Notes under the pieces: generated by a model
The model's input: the letters and a program-made list of their open reading frames with translations, nothing else
Databases searched by the model: none
Told to the model about the DNA's origin: nothing
Part shown: piece by piece, positions 1 through 10,740 of the stretch
Layout: every line of letters begins with the position of its first letter
Numbering within the stretch: the stretch's first letter is position 1
From: Chiloscyllium plagiosum
Taxonomy: Eukaryota
Direction: 5' to 3'
DNA: 20,000 nt
Assembly (NCBI RefSeq): GCF_004010195.1
Contig: NC_057719.1
Span: forward strand, 44,041,323 to 44,061,322
Translations under genes and position numbers: made by a program

Positions 1-183
1 CCTGATTGTACCAGGTTAACTGCCTCAGTCAGGGAGCCCTGGCTGACAGATGTAAACAGGAATGTCAGAAGCTCTGTTCACTTTGAGCTGGCTCTGAGGA
101 AGCTAAACTAGTGACAATTACTATACACATATAAATAAAGTGTGACTTGGTGATGGGATACATGCTTCTGCTGAGTTATCTCA
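1..183 (+). mobile_element. Probable 3' part of a solo LTR (LTR retrotransposon), truncated by the window edge
   Basis: AATAAA at 134-139 followed by ~45 nt ending in TCA at 183, an LTR R/U5-like layout; resembles shark LTRs from memory only. Confidence 0.35.
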
Positions 184-391
184 GAGGTGATGGTTAGAAA
201 ACTTGTGAACAATTTGATCAGCATATGACATGATGTAATAGCTTTTGTTTGGCATACAATGCCATCTGCATCTTTTGTTTCAATACTGTAATGTTATAAA
301 CTTAGTTTCATACAATGTTAGTTAAAGAGTTGTTATTTTCATAAACCCTTGTATTGCACTGTTCATGTGGTAGTCTCTGTTTCTATTCTGA

Positions 392-484
392 ATATGGGCT
401 AAACACAGGCAAAATGGTACCAGTTCGGTTTAGAATACCTAGTTGGAGTGAAGAGTCTGTTTCTGTGCTGTATGACTCTATGAA
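392..484 (+). mobile_element. CR1/HER1 LINE 3' end fragment
   Basis: Ends GAAGAGTCTGTTTCTGTGCTGTATGACTCTATGA, matching the reverse complement of the CR1 tail at 18447-18480. Confidence 0.75.
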
Positions 485-1556
485 GCATGACTCCTTGGCC
501 ATTAACAAAATTAATGGTTGGGGTGTACAATGAGCATCAAAACATTCTGTGGGAGCAAGGATAGCAGTGTGTGAGCATGGAATCAGCACACTTTGATACC
601 TTAGGCAGTTTTTCCCTTAAGCATCACTGTTACTGTTTAGCTGGCAGCAGTGTAAATCTGAGGGAGCTTCCCAACAGTGACAGAGAGGAGTAACTGAGAC
701 AGCCAATGCTGCAGGATGGTCTGGCAGTAGGCATCCTACTTGTCTGTGTTGGCAAGATAATGTGCATTACAGGATAATTATGTTCCTTGAGAACTCCCAG
801 TGAGTGGTTGTAGATGCATGTTCATCCCTCACAAGTTGGCTCACAGACCCCACTCACTGCATGTCCCTTCACAGCCATTCTCCCCAACATTGCATGCTAA
901 CCATGTACTTCACAATTGGAACAATGAGCGGCCCTCTGCCAGTGGCTTTCAGTCTCATCACTGAGATGCTCAACATCACTTTCTCCTTTCTAATTGCTCT
1001 TTTCTGTCAACACCGCAGAATTCACATTTCCTGGGTGATCACCCAAGCCATGTGCATGTCACTCCATCTTTGTACATGCAGCCCCCTCTTCTCTGGTCAG
1101 CCTCCCCCTTAACTTCTATGAATAGAGGAAATGGGACAACCAAGGTCTACCCCTTGAGTGACCTGATCTGCCAGCATCAGCCCTCACGTGCCCAGCTCTC
1201 TGGCTGGTGGACACAGATGCCTGCTACTATGACATCCCTTCCCATTCCCAATTGGCCCCTACAGAGACAAAGGACTGACCATGACCTGCTCCCCACAGAA
1301 TGGAGGCACGGCCTACTTTGCAATGCCATCCTGCCTGGACACCTGATCACGGCTGAAGCCCAGGACTGGTGTGGGAGGCTGCTCAGTCCTAGCCATGCTG
1401 GACTCCCGATTGACAGGTATCCTCATGGATTTCATTGCGGACTACTCCATGAAAACTTTCAAACATGTCCACTGCTTGCTGCAGATGCCAAGTGTTTGGT
1501 GCGAATGCAGAGGCTACATGATACAAGTATTAGAGTGACATAAGGCTGAAGTAAAA

Positions 1557-1876
1557 ATAGAATCCTTACAGTGTGGAAACAGGCCTTTCAGCCCAACAAA
1601 TCCATACTGATCCCATTCCCAAACCCATTCCCCAGTACTTTACACTTACCCATGACTAATGCACCTAACTTAGACATCCCTGAATACTATGGGTAATTTA
1701 GCATGGCCAATTCACCTAACCTGCACATCTTTGAGCTGTGGGAGGAAATCAGAGTACCCAGAGAAAACTTCGCAGTCACGTGGAGAATGTACAAACTCCA
1801 CACAGACAGTCGCCTGAGGCTGGAATTGAACGTGGGTCCCTGGCGCTATGAGGCTACCGTACTGAGCCAAGCTGCA
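1557..1876 (-). mobile_element. HE1-type tRNA-derived V-SINE, near full length
   Basis: Minus strand has a tRNA-like head (TGGCTCAGT...GTTCAATTCC), the V-domain (TGTGTGGAGTTTGTACATTCTCC...GTGCAGGTTAGGTGAATTGGCCATGCTAAATT) and a CR1-like tail (GGCCTGTTTCCACACTGTAAGGATTCTAT). Confidence 0.85.
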
Positions 1877-3864
1877 TGTCGTCTTGACAGACAACTTCAC
1901 AATTCATAGCATGGTCACCTGCCTGGTTGTGTAACTGTGTCAATTACCAATAAAAAACATGGCAGGACAATACAATGGAGGCATGGTCAGGGCATGCCAA
2001 AATGGCACCAGGTAAATACTCAGTTAGCAAGGGTGGACAGTCTAGTCCATGTCATATGATGGGTTCCCTGTACCTAATGCAGCTGGTCACTGCTGTGTGT
2101 CAGTGCTCTCCGACACCCATCCAGTCTTGCAGTGCATGGTGCTAATGTATTAGTCAAAGCCATGATGGTGGCAAAGAATCCCTGAAAGTGCAGTGCCAAT
2201 GTCCATAGAGGAAGGGTACATGTGGCTGTTGCTAGTGGATTGTGGCCTGGTCTGTGGGTAGGTGGAGGTCCTTTAGAGCAACCCATTAGTTGATCCCGTC
2301 AAGAACTCACTCTGATTTCCAAGGCAAGTTTTCCTGACTAGTTTATATGGTGAGCTTGGTAAGATTGCAGCACAAGGTAAGTTAGGCTGTTTAATATACA
2401 ACATGAGCATCAACTGAGAACTTGCCACTGACAATCGAGAATCTAGTAATGCTTTATGTGGTGAGATTATCTTGACATTGAGATCAGCCCCGCTGGGCAA
2501 CTTGCCTGATTCTATCATTTATCATTACCCATACTGCTCAGAGCCTGATGAGATCTTGCTTAATATAATTAAACTGAAATCCTAATTTCTGAAGATTTGA
2601 TTTAAAGCTTGCAACCATATTGTTGCAAAGTGTGTATAGTATTAAAACTGAGCTACTGCATAGAAGTATAAAATTGTCTAAGCAAGTTTGAAATTGTCAG
2701 ACAACTTTACAGACAGATGACATAGCCAGACTGCTGAGTAAAAAGTGTGAAACCATGACTAGCCAGGTAACTTTAGACAAGTCAGACATAATACATTAAA
2801 TAGAGAATAATATGAAGCACAGCAGAATATGACAGTCTCATCATATGTCAACCACTGTTAAAAGTTCAACCTCAGCAGCTCTAAATTTAAAAATAAATTA
2901 CTTAAAATCAAGAAGAATAAATTAAAACTGGATTTTTTTTAGACAGCACATTTCCAGCAATCCAAGCATATGACTTATACACCAGTGTGATTAATCAAAC
3001 TAGCTGTATAAAAAACTGTTGAGAGGCATACACTTTCCCCCATTTTAGAAAAAGTAATTACATGTTCAATGACAGGGCATTTTGGTTTTCATTGATCAAT
3101 ACATCTTCAGCCCCTTTGTCCAGTAATGAATCAAATTATCTTTCAAAATATATAAACATACTTCTGCACACTGTAGTCACAGAACATGCTTTGCTACCAT
3201 TAAGGAAGCTAGAATACCACCACCAAGAATCTCTGCTGCTTCCAGTACTGTGTTAATTACATACTGTGTAAACACTAAGGATTTGAAAGGTTTCCCTCTG
3301 AGTTACCTTGAATAATTCTGGACTGCGTGCGACATGACCGTAAGCTGAATGAATTCATCAACCATAAGTAATTTTATGTATGCTTGGCGCTCTCCTTTTT
3401 CAATTTGTGCCTACACACAATTTGTGGTTGAATAATCAGAGATTTGTTCCCATCTTTGTTTTTGCTCAGTGGCTTGCCTTTGATGGAAAGCAAACTCCAA
3501 TTAGCTCACAGTTGCTTCCAATTGTTCAATAAGAAGTAGAAAGATGGCCAAGGAATCAAAGCAGCTTTATTTCTTCTGAGGCATTGAGTAAATATGCAGG
3601 TCTTCTCAAGCAGTGAATATCAATATTTCATTTAACAAATCTCCAGGGCTTCTGTGCAACGCGCAACTCATTTTGTTTGTGATAAATTCGTTTCACAGCT
3701 TCACTCGTGTTATTGTAAAGAATGCTCTCACTACCTGTAAGACCCAGTGTGATGGTCACTTCACTATGAGTTCTCAGAATGTTCAATAGAATACTACTGA
3801 TCACATATGATCTCAACATGGAAAATGCCTCACATGATTAGCAGAATGCATGAATATGTATATG

Positions 3865-4035
3865 AACAGAGACAGTGAATTTGGTTATCAAGTTGAATTG
3901 GTATTGCAAAAACTTAGAAGTTCTACCTATATTTCAGGTGAGAATAACACTCAAAAATGTATCCCCTTAGCTGTGAAGCACTTTGTGAAGTTCTGAAATT
4001 GTGAAAGATATCATTCAAATGCAATTTCTTTCTTG
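3865..4035 (+). mobile_element. 3' end of an old DeuSINE/AmnSINE-like SINE or L2 tail
   Basis: GCTGTGAAGCACTTTGTGAAGTTCTGAAATTGTGAAAGATATCATTCAAATGCAATTTCTTTCTT resembles the L2-derived SINE tail. Confidence 0.5.
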
Positions 4036-4760
4036 CTTTTTGCCTCATGTCAATCAGAAGCTGCAAGAACTACTGAAGAGGGGTGTGTCATCTGCAGCTC
4101 TCAAAGCTTTAAAAATGCATTAAGGCACTTAACATACAGTGGATTATTTTGAAGCATTAGTGTTACACAGGTAAATGTGGCAGGTTTATTTTGCAAGGCA
4201 AGACCTCAAGAACAATAGTTTGGTGCTTTTCGTCAGAAAGAAAAATGGTAGAATGGTTGCAGCAGCAGAGGAGGTAATTCATCGTGTTGTCTTCATTCCT
4301 GTTCTCCGTAGGAGTAACTCAACCAGTCCACTCTCTCACCCCTTTTGCTATCACTGTTTTCTCTTCAGGTGCTCATCTAAGTTTCTCTTGAATCTGCTCT
4401 ACTACAGTCTCGAGCAACGCATTGCAGATCGTAACAGTTTGGTGAAATACTTTTGCACACTGTGGCATGCCTTACTCATGTGGCCTCTAATGTCATCTTT
4501 GTAAAGAGTTTTAAGGCAATAGGCATTTTATACATTGCATGGAACATAATGTCACTGCACATGGGACTAATGAATTTTCATAGCTATATTAGTGCCAGTG
4601 GCTGTCGAGATAAACATAGACCTCACTTATGTGAGTCCCAAAGGGTAATCTTTTATCTGAAGTCTGGAATTTCCTTTCACAGAAGGCACAGGGGTGAAGT
4701 GAAAAAGAAAATTAAGAAAGTAAAAACAGGATTCAAAAATGCCTATCCCTTGCATCTTTT

Positions 4761-5127
4761 GGGGTGATTAAATTGAGGTGTAAAATAATAAGGTATTTAG
4801 ATAGAGTGGACAGGAAAGATTGGTGTTCCCTAGTGGAGAGATCAATTACCAGGGGCACAGATTTAAGATGATTCGTATAAAGTGTAGAGGGGATATAAGA
4901 AAAAGCCTTTTCACCAAGAGAGTGATGAATATCTGAAATTCAGTGCTCGCTTTGGTTTTTTGAGGCAGAAACCCTAAACTTGAAAACAAACAAGTGCTGA
5001 AAGCTGCAAGGCTTTGGACTAGGGGCTGGAAAGTGGAAATAGAATGGGTGACTAATTTATTCAGCTAACACAGATATGATGGGCGGAATGATCTCTTTCC
5101 AGGCTGTAACCTTTCCATGATTCTATG
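4761..5127 (+). mobile_element. CR1 LINE 3' fragment (ORF2 C-terminus plus 3' UTR), degenerate
   Basis: Remnants of CR1 ORF2 C-terminal motifs (GD-IEV-KII, TRGHRFK, FTKRVMNI-NS) and a CATGATTCTATG tail. Confidence 0.75.
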
Positions 5128-5214
5128 GCTGTAATAATCAAAACTTCAGTCTGAAACTCTGTACAAAATACTGTTGTGCGGGTCATTTTAGCTTACAATA
5201 TTCTATTGTGTGAC

Positions 5215-5612
5215 CTTATGGAGATGTAAGAGGATTTAAGACTGAATTAAAAATTCCTCCAATCTCAATGATAGAATTATTTGGTTGCCACAGTATTGAA
5301 CAATAAGATATCAGAACTGGAGAAACAATGCTACAAGTTATATTGCAACCTAGACTTCACTGAAAAACAGAAAAGACAAAGTTGTGAAGTTTTAGAGGCC
5401 TTGAACAAACATTTTGAGCCTGCAAATAATGTCATCTATGAATGCTACATCTTCAATATGACAGCTCAGGAACAGGAGGAGAGTATGTGGCTCTACTGTG
5501 ACATCTAGATGAGTCTTGCAAGATTGGGCAACAGAAGGATAATCTAATCAGAGACATGGTTGTCATAGGAACAAGGAATCCCACAATGAGAGCATTTCTG
5601 ATGAAAGAAGGG
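5215..5612 (+). mobile_element. Gypsy/Ty3 LTR retrotransposon gag relic
   Basis: Translates to VLEALNKHFEPANNVIYECYIFNMTAQEQEES, then after a frameshift DNLIRDMVVIGTRNPTMRAFLMKE, matching the Gypsy gag pattern HFEPxxNVIYERYxF...LIRDRIVxG. Confidence 0.75.
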
Positions 5613-5949
5613 AAGGTTAGGGCCAGATATTCATCCTCAAAGTGGGATTTGGGAAAATTACCAAACCTGCACACCTATCTTGGCTAATACTGATTCTGGA
5701 GGGGTGATTTTCATTTACACACCTGGGGAAATGGCTGTGGAAGTGACCTGTTTAAAAGGCCTGCTTTGGGCTGGGGGACTTTGTCTTATCTGTAAGAAGA
5801 AAAGCCCTACAGTCTTCATCCCCACAATACACACTTCCAATGCAGCATAGATTATACACCCCAAACACCCTACCATGTTTTATCATACAATCCACTGCCA
5901 AAGTTTTCCCCTCCTCCCAGCCAGTGGCCAATCATGCTCCTATGCCAAA

Positions 5950-6320
5950 ACATGACATTTTCATTTACAATGAATGAATTCAATCATGACAGTATTATGT
6001 GTTAAAAAATCTTTGATAAAGAGGTTAATTGTGAACAAACATTGTGAAACTGATAGCAGGTATCAGACAACCAAAGCTTTGAATCAATGGATGGCTCAGA
6101 TGTTTCAACATTCAGTGAACAATAATAAGATTTGACTGAGAGCCAAAACAAATATTAGAGGGCTGAAACATCTGAGCCCCTGTTTAATTGACAGCTCTTA
6201 CTGTCTGATATCTGTAGCCTTGTACCTGCATTTTGCTGTTCATTGATCTTTTAATCTCAAGTTTGTTTCTTCAGGTCCCAGTAATTTCATTGACGATGAC
6301 TGAAATTTCATTTTTTTAAT
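5950..6320. repeat. Large degenerate inverted repeat (MITE-like or ancient palindromic element)
   Basis: GGCTCAGATGTTTCA (6093-6107) is perfectly inverted at 6164-6178; TATCAGACA (6061-6069) is inverted at 6202-6210 about the same axis; weaker symmetry extends outward. Outer limits are approximate. Confidence 0.65.
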
Positions 6321-6339
6321 GTTATTTGAACACTAGTCT

Positions 6340-7620
6340 GATGACACTGAGACATTTATTCTGGCATCCAGTTTAAACACCATGCTCTTCCCATTCACTT
6401 CCTGTTTAACAATACAGTAACTAATCCCAATACTGAGGGGATTTCTCATGAAATAGTTTTATTCCTGTTATGTGTTGTTTCAACTTAAATCTGTTCTAGC
6501 TTCATAGGCTTTGTTTGTTCACTGTATTCTGTTTTGGAATTCTGTAGACTTATCTAAAATATCTCAAATTCCTATCATTGTGGCATTGTGCTACCCCTCC
6601 TGGTCAATTGTCCAATTTGCATGGTTTATTCCCTTCACAAAGATGAAGGTTGTTGTGCATTTCCTGGGCTTGGTGGGCTATGTTTTCTATCCACTTTTTG
6701 TCTTGCAGCCCATGTACTGAATTGGCTCACTTGCTTTCTTCCGTGACCCTTCAGTTTCTCCTTAGACAAACACCTGATTCAGCTTCCAGTTCTGCCTACT
6801 CATCTGTACTGAAATTTCCTGCTTCAAATCCTCCCTAGCTTGTCAAAGGTATGACAATGCCTCATCGGAAACTCCAGCCATGATTCAATCATGAATTAGT
6901 TCTGCCTTCAGCACCTTGGAAATGCAGTTTTCTGTTGACCTGTAGGTCATTTGTGAATGAATCCATGCTTTTCTCAGCCCTTCATTTTTTCCAATTAAAT
7001 TATTAAATTTTTCCACATGTTGATGTATGCATTAAATGCCTTCAGTATTTCTTCATACAATATATTAAATGCATTAACATCCTATCTTGCAACTACATTG
7101 CTATAATGGCCCCTGCTGCATACAATAATGTTTTGACCTGGTCTATTTGCCCTTCATTTGTCTAAGCATGAAGCTATTCTGCATCTTGTAAATCTTTTCT
7201 TCCAAATCTCCCATTCCTGAATTTGGTGCAGTGTGCCTGAAATGGCACAGGGATTAGCCAGACAGGTTCAATAGAGGCATTTAAAAAAGGACTGGAATGG
7301 ATTTTTGGATAGTTCTGGTGTGCAGGGTTCTGGGAAAAGCAGGAGATTGGCACTAGATAAAAGAGCCAGAGTAGATAATAGAGCCAGTGCAGGCATGATT
7401 GGCCAAATAGCCTTCTTTTGCACCGTAATAATTGTGTGATTCACTGAATTGAGCTCTGGAGCTGCTCCTTCAACTACAGTGGAGCTTGTCCAGTTGTCCG
7501 CTAATTCAGTTGATTCTTACTGCTGAATGGTTTTTGGCTCCATTTTGCAGTCTACTGCTGTCTGGTGATGAGCGCCTGGTGAGACCTAAAATTTTTTTTT
7601 CTCCATCTTGACGACATATT
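6340..7620 (-). mobile_element. Gypsy LTR retrotransposon gag-protease relic, interrupted by a CR1 fragment
   Basis: Minus-strand translation in the expected order: QEWEIWKKRFTRCRIASCLDK, DQVKTLLYAAGA, LKAELIHD*IMAGVSDEALS, a decayed zinc knuckle (AQCHNDRNLRYFR) and a decayed protease motif FKLDARINVSV (cf. FKLDTGADVSV). Confidence 0.8.
7240..7442 (+). mobile_element. CR1-type LINE 3' end nested in the Gypsy gag
   Basis: GSIEAFKK remnant, then a 3' UTR AGCCAGTGCAGGCATGATTGGCCAAATAGCCTTCTTTTGCACCGTAATAATTGTGTGATTC. Confidence 0.7.
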
Positions 7621-7947
7621 TCACTTCAATAGTTACATTTGACGCCACTGCTTTTTGCTGCCTTTCCTGTTTCCACCATTTTCGATCATGTGTGTATGGT
7701 CCAAATTACTTTAATCTTCCAAATTCTGCTTTTTGAGTCCAAGGTACTTTCCTTTAAGCTGTTCCGTTACAACTTGGTATATACACACATTCTCTTCGAT
7801 CGCTCTACACAATCATCTGAGACAGACATAATCAATGCATCATTCTACATTATCACCTTTATACATTCTGCTGGTGTCTCGTTACTCTAAATCAGTAGCT
7901 TTATTAAAGCTGAGAGTTATTGAGCCAGTCAGAGTGTAAAGATTCAA

Positions 7948-8166
7948 CACAGGTAGAAAGTGAGGACTGCAGATGCTGGAGATCAGAGCTGAAAAATGTG
8001 TTGCTGGAAATGCGCAGCAGGTCAGGCAGCATCCAAGGAGCAGGAGAAGCGACGTTTCGGGCATAAGCCCGATTCCTGAAGAAGGGCTTGTGCCTGAAAC
8101 GTCGAATCTCCTGCTCCTTGGATGCTGCCTAACCTGCTGCGCTTTTCCAGCAACACATTTTTCAGC
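7948..8166. mobile_element. Penelope-like element (PLE)-derived palindromic insertion
   Basis: 83-bp inverted arms 7988-8070 and 8084-8166 (6 mismatches), flanked by direct repeat AAAGATTCAA at 7938-7947 and 8167-8176; related to 17262-17717 and 19801-19945. Confidence 0.8.
8071..8108 (+). ncRNA. Minimal type-I hammerhead ribozyme motif
   Basis: GATTC-CTGAAGA-A-GGGC-TTGT-GCCT-GAAA-CG-TC-GAATC: stem I GATTC/GAATC, core CUGANGA and GAAA, palindromic ACGU stem III, GUC cleavage triplet. Confidence 0.7.
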
Positions 8167-8258
8167 AAAGATTCAAGACACTCAATAAAAGATAACCTAC
8201 TTGGCAATGTGTAACCTGTGTGTAGCAGTTGTTACCACAGTTAAAATGACTGAATAGA

Positions 8259-8345
8259 CAACCACCTGTTGAAGGAGCAGCACTCCGAAAGCTAGTGCTT
8301 TCCAATAATCCCGTTGGACTATAACCTGGCATTGTGTGATTTTTA
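8259..8345 (+). mobile_element. Short PLE-derived insertion (second family) with a degenerate hammerhead motif
   Basis: CAC-CTGTTGA-A-GGAGC-AGC-ACTCC-GAAA-GC-TA-GTG at 8263-8297; flanked by direct repeat ACTGAATAGA at 8249-8258 and 8346-8355. Confidence 0.7.
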
Positions 8346-8799
8346 ACTGAATAGATAAAATGTCACAACCGCAGACATGTGCATATAATCAGAGGAGCTG
8401 CTCCTTCAATGCAGAAAGTTGATGGGAAAGATTGGATTTTTGCCAGCTGAACAAGGAAATGAATGATCATTAGTCTCAAAGGTCAAATATTTTCTACCAA
8501 ATGCAGTCGATCAGCAGTAACAGTTACCACAGCAGCAACATTCACCACCATTATATTTCACAGTGAGGCAACATCACCCCAGGACACCAGATGACAACTC
8601 GCATGTGTACAGTTAGAAAACCAGAATGCTTTACATTTGTGTGTGCAATAAATATGCAGGAACAGATGGAAATAGGACAGTCTAGAATGGGCAAGCAGTT
8701 TTACTGTTCATGTGAGATGATTTTCTTAAGAGGCCATATATGTGAGTAACTTGCAAATCACAGTGCAAACATTTTTAATTTTTTTAAATTAGCACTGAT

Positions 8800-8923
8800 T
8801 TTCAGAAGAGTCATATTGGACTTGAGATGGTTGTTCTATTTCTCTCTCCACAGCTACTGCCAGATCTGCTGAATTTCTCCAGAATGTTGCTTTATTTCAG
8901 ATTCCCAGCATCTGCAGTATTTT
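8800..8923 (+). mobile_element. Older PLE-derived repeat with a decayed hammerhead
   Basis: GAAGAGTCATATTGGACTTGAG...CCAGCATCTGCAGT; clearly related to 15695-15790, and its 3' end is complementary to the ACTGCAGATGCTGG start of the palindromic family. Confidence 0.65.
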
Positions 8924-8949
8924 AATTTTATTTCAATAAAGTCATGATT

Positions 8950-9460
8950 TGGATAATCTTAACATAATTTGTTGAAAAACACAAAGCAAGTCCATATTGG
9001 AGGGAAAAAGCTGCAAATAGCGACGAGGGGTGGAGATAAAGTGCAAACAGTCCAAAATAAATACAGCAAAAAATTGGAAACACATAGTAATTTGCCAGAA
9101 AAACAAATGAACAGTGGCAAAAGTAGATGGAGAGTTTGCAACGTGGATATACCATGGAGATACCTAACCTTAAAATGTGGAAAGGAGACTTAAAACAGGT
9201 TATCTTAAAATATATGATTATATATTCAAAGATAAAGAATCAGAAATAAATGGAAAAAGGATGGGGTTCTAAAATTCTTCAAGATTAGCAAAATTCCCAT
9301 TTTTATTTTCAAGAATTATATTTACTGGGCAACTTGGAAATATTACTGTAACAATACTCAGATCAAAAAGGTCAATGCAGCCTCCATGAAAAATGATACA
9401 GGCATTAGGACCATTTCAATTGTGAAATTGGACAACTTTTGGGTGACATAAGCATATCAA
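8950..9460 (+). mobile_element. Highly decayed CR1-like LINE relic
   Basis: A-rich plus strand with weak CR1 C-terminal remnants (FSRII..., KLDNF). Confidence 0.35.
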
Positions 9461-9544
9461 AATCTAGTCAAATAAAATACCGGGAAAAGAAAACTGCTAT
9501 AACCTAATTGATTAATTATTGTCAACTTTGTTGGATGTTTGTTT

Positions 9545-9790
9545 AACACCATGATTTGAACTTATAACTATCAAGGTTAACTATCAAGTGTGGATCTTAT
9601 GGAATACTGCATTGTTAGGATGCTGTCCTTTGGAGGATGTGTTAATATCCAAGCTTTAATCTTTATTTTCAGTGAGACTGAAAAAGATCCTGTGGCACTG
9701 TTTAAAGAAAACCAAGAGGCTTTGGCCAACTTATTCACTGTTCAACAAACAGAATGACCATGTGGAAAGTCAACAGCTCATTTGGCACAC
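9545..9790 (+). mobile_element. DeuSINE (SacSINE1/AmnSINE1-like) Deu-domain relic
   Basis: ATACTGCATTGTTAGGATGCTGTCCTTTGG...AAAAGATCCTGTGGCACTGTTTAAAGAA...TGGCCAAC resembles the conserved Deu domain. Confidence 0.6.
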
Positions 9791-10499
9791 CACATTATTT
9801 TCCTTTCCATTTACTTTGTTGTTGATTTAGTATTGTTGTTTTGTCCTAACATCCAAGTCAATTTCATATTCCAACAGAATTTAAGATTATTTTGCTCAAC
9901 TTGATTATATTTTTAGTATATTGTCTCACCTATTCACTTTAGTCAGACAGACTCAGAACTTTAATTTGATTTCCGAGGACATAGGATTATCTCGTTAAAA
10001 TAAAAGCAGGGCATATACTTTGTAGAGCCAGCCAGGAGAACTCTATACACATGAAGGCATTCATGATGGGACTCAAATAAATATACTATATGCTCAATGA
10101 CAAAATGGATGTAGTTACATGAGGGGGTTTCTGTTCAGCCACCACACTGATTTCATATTTCAGCATTACTATGAAAGCACATTTTCTGCTAGCTGCCTGT
10201 GCAACTTACACGCAAATTGGGAGGTGAAGAGCTCCTGGGAAATAAATAGCTAAACCGGTGGGACCTGAGGAAGAATAAAATGAGGTTGCATGACACAAAT
10301 AACCTCTATGCAGACAGTGTAAAGTGGTGTCTGTGTAAATTGCACATGTCACTGCACATCATAGCAACTAATTGCTTAAACAACTCCTGTTGCTAATTGT
10401 TCAAACAACTCATTCTGCAACAGTCAAGTACTCAAATTTCACCCAAGTAAGTGGAACTTCCAGCTGTCATTTGTCTATTTTAGACACAACCTATTAATG

Positions 10500-10740
10500 T
10501 AACCTTATTTCTTTCCTTGGTCTCTTAAGAATGTCTGCTAAAACATACATTTGGATAAAAAGGTTTGGTTTCAAGCTCATTTTCCAATGTAAATCACTCC
10601 ATGTGTATCTATCTATGCTTTGTTAAAATTCTACATTTGCCTGTACTGTCTAATGCGAAGCTTTGAAAGATTTTCCCCTTCTCTGTTTTAAATTCCTATG
10701 TGCACTTTTGTACTGGATTTTGCCAATATAAACTTGTCAC
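10500..10740 (+). mobile_element. Possible decayed L2 LINE 3' end
   Basis: CTAAAACATACATTTGGATAAAAAGG (LKTY...) followed by an L2-tail-like stretch; weak. Confidence 0.3.

Noticed and set aside
804..1543. Overlapping ORFs of 102 and 163 aa
   Set aside because: No recognisable domain or exon structure; likely chance ORFs in an old repeat that I could not classify.
3300..3367. Possible third plus-strand exon (IILDCVRHDRKLNEFINHK) with an in-frame TGA, considered as selenocysteine
   Set aside because: No credible acceptor, and no selenoprotein motif or SECIS evidence.
3060..3410. Minus-strand segment with a good donor (AAG|gtaact) and faintly ankyrin-like words (AQIEKG...LLM, LLDKGAED)
   Set aside because: Weak acceptor, in-frame stops, wrong repeat spacing, and no resemblance to the next expected NIN exon.
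3330..3735. Minus-strand GSE...CLRR...GHVAR words resembling an RTE C-terminus
   Set aside because: Spacing is about twice that expected and the downstream RGRP motif is absent.
7882..8207. Three mutually similar short ORFs on both strands
   Set aside because: Artefact of translating the palindromic PLE insertion.
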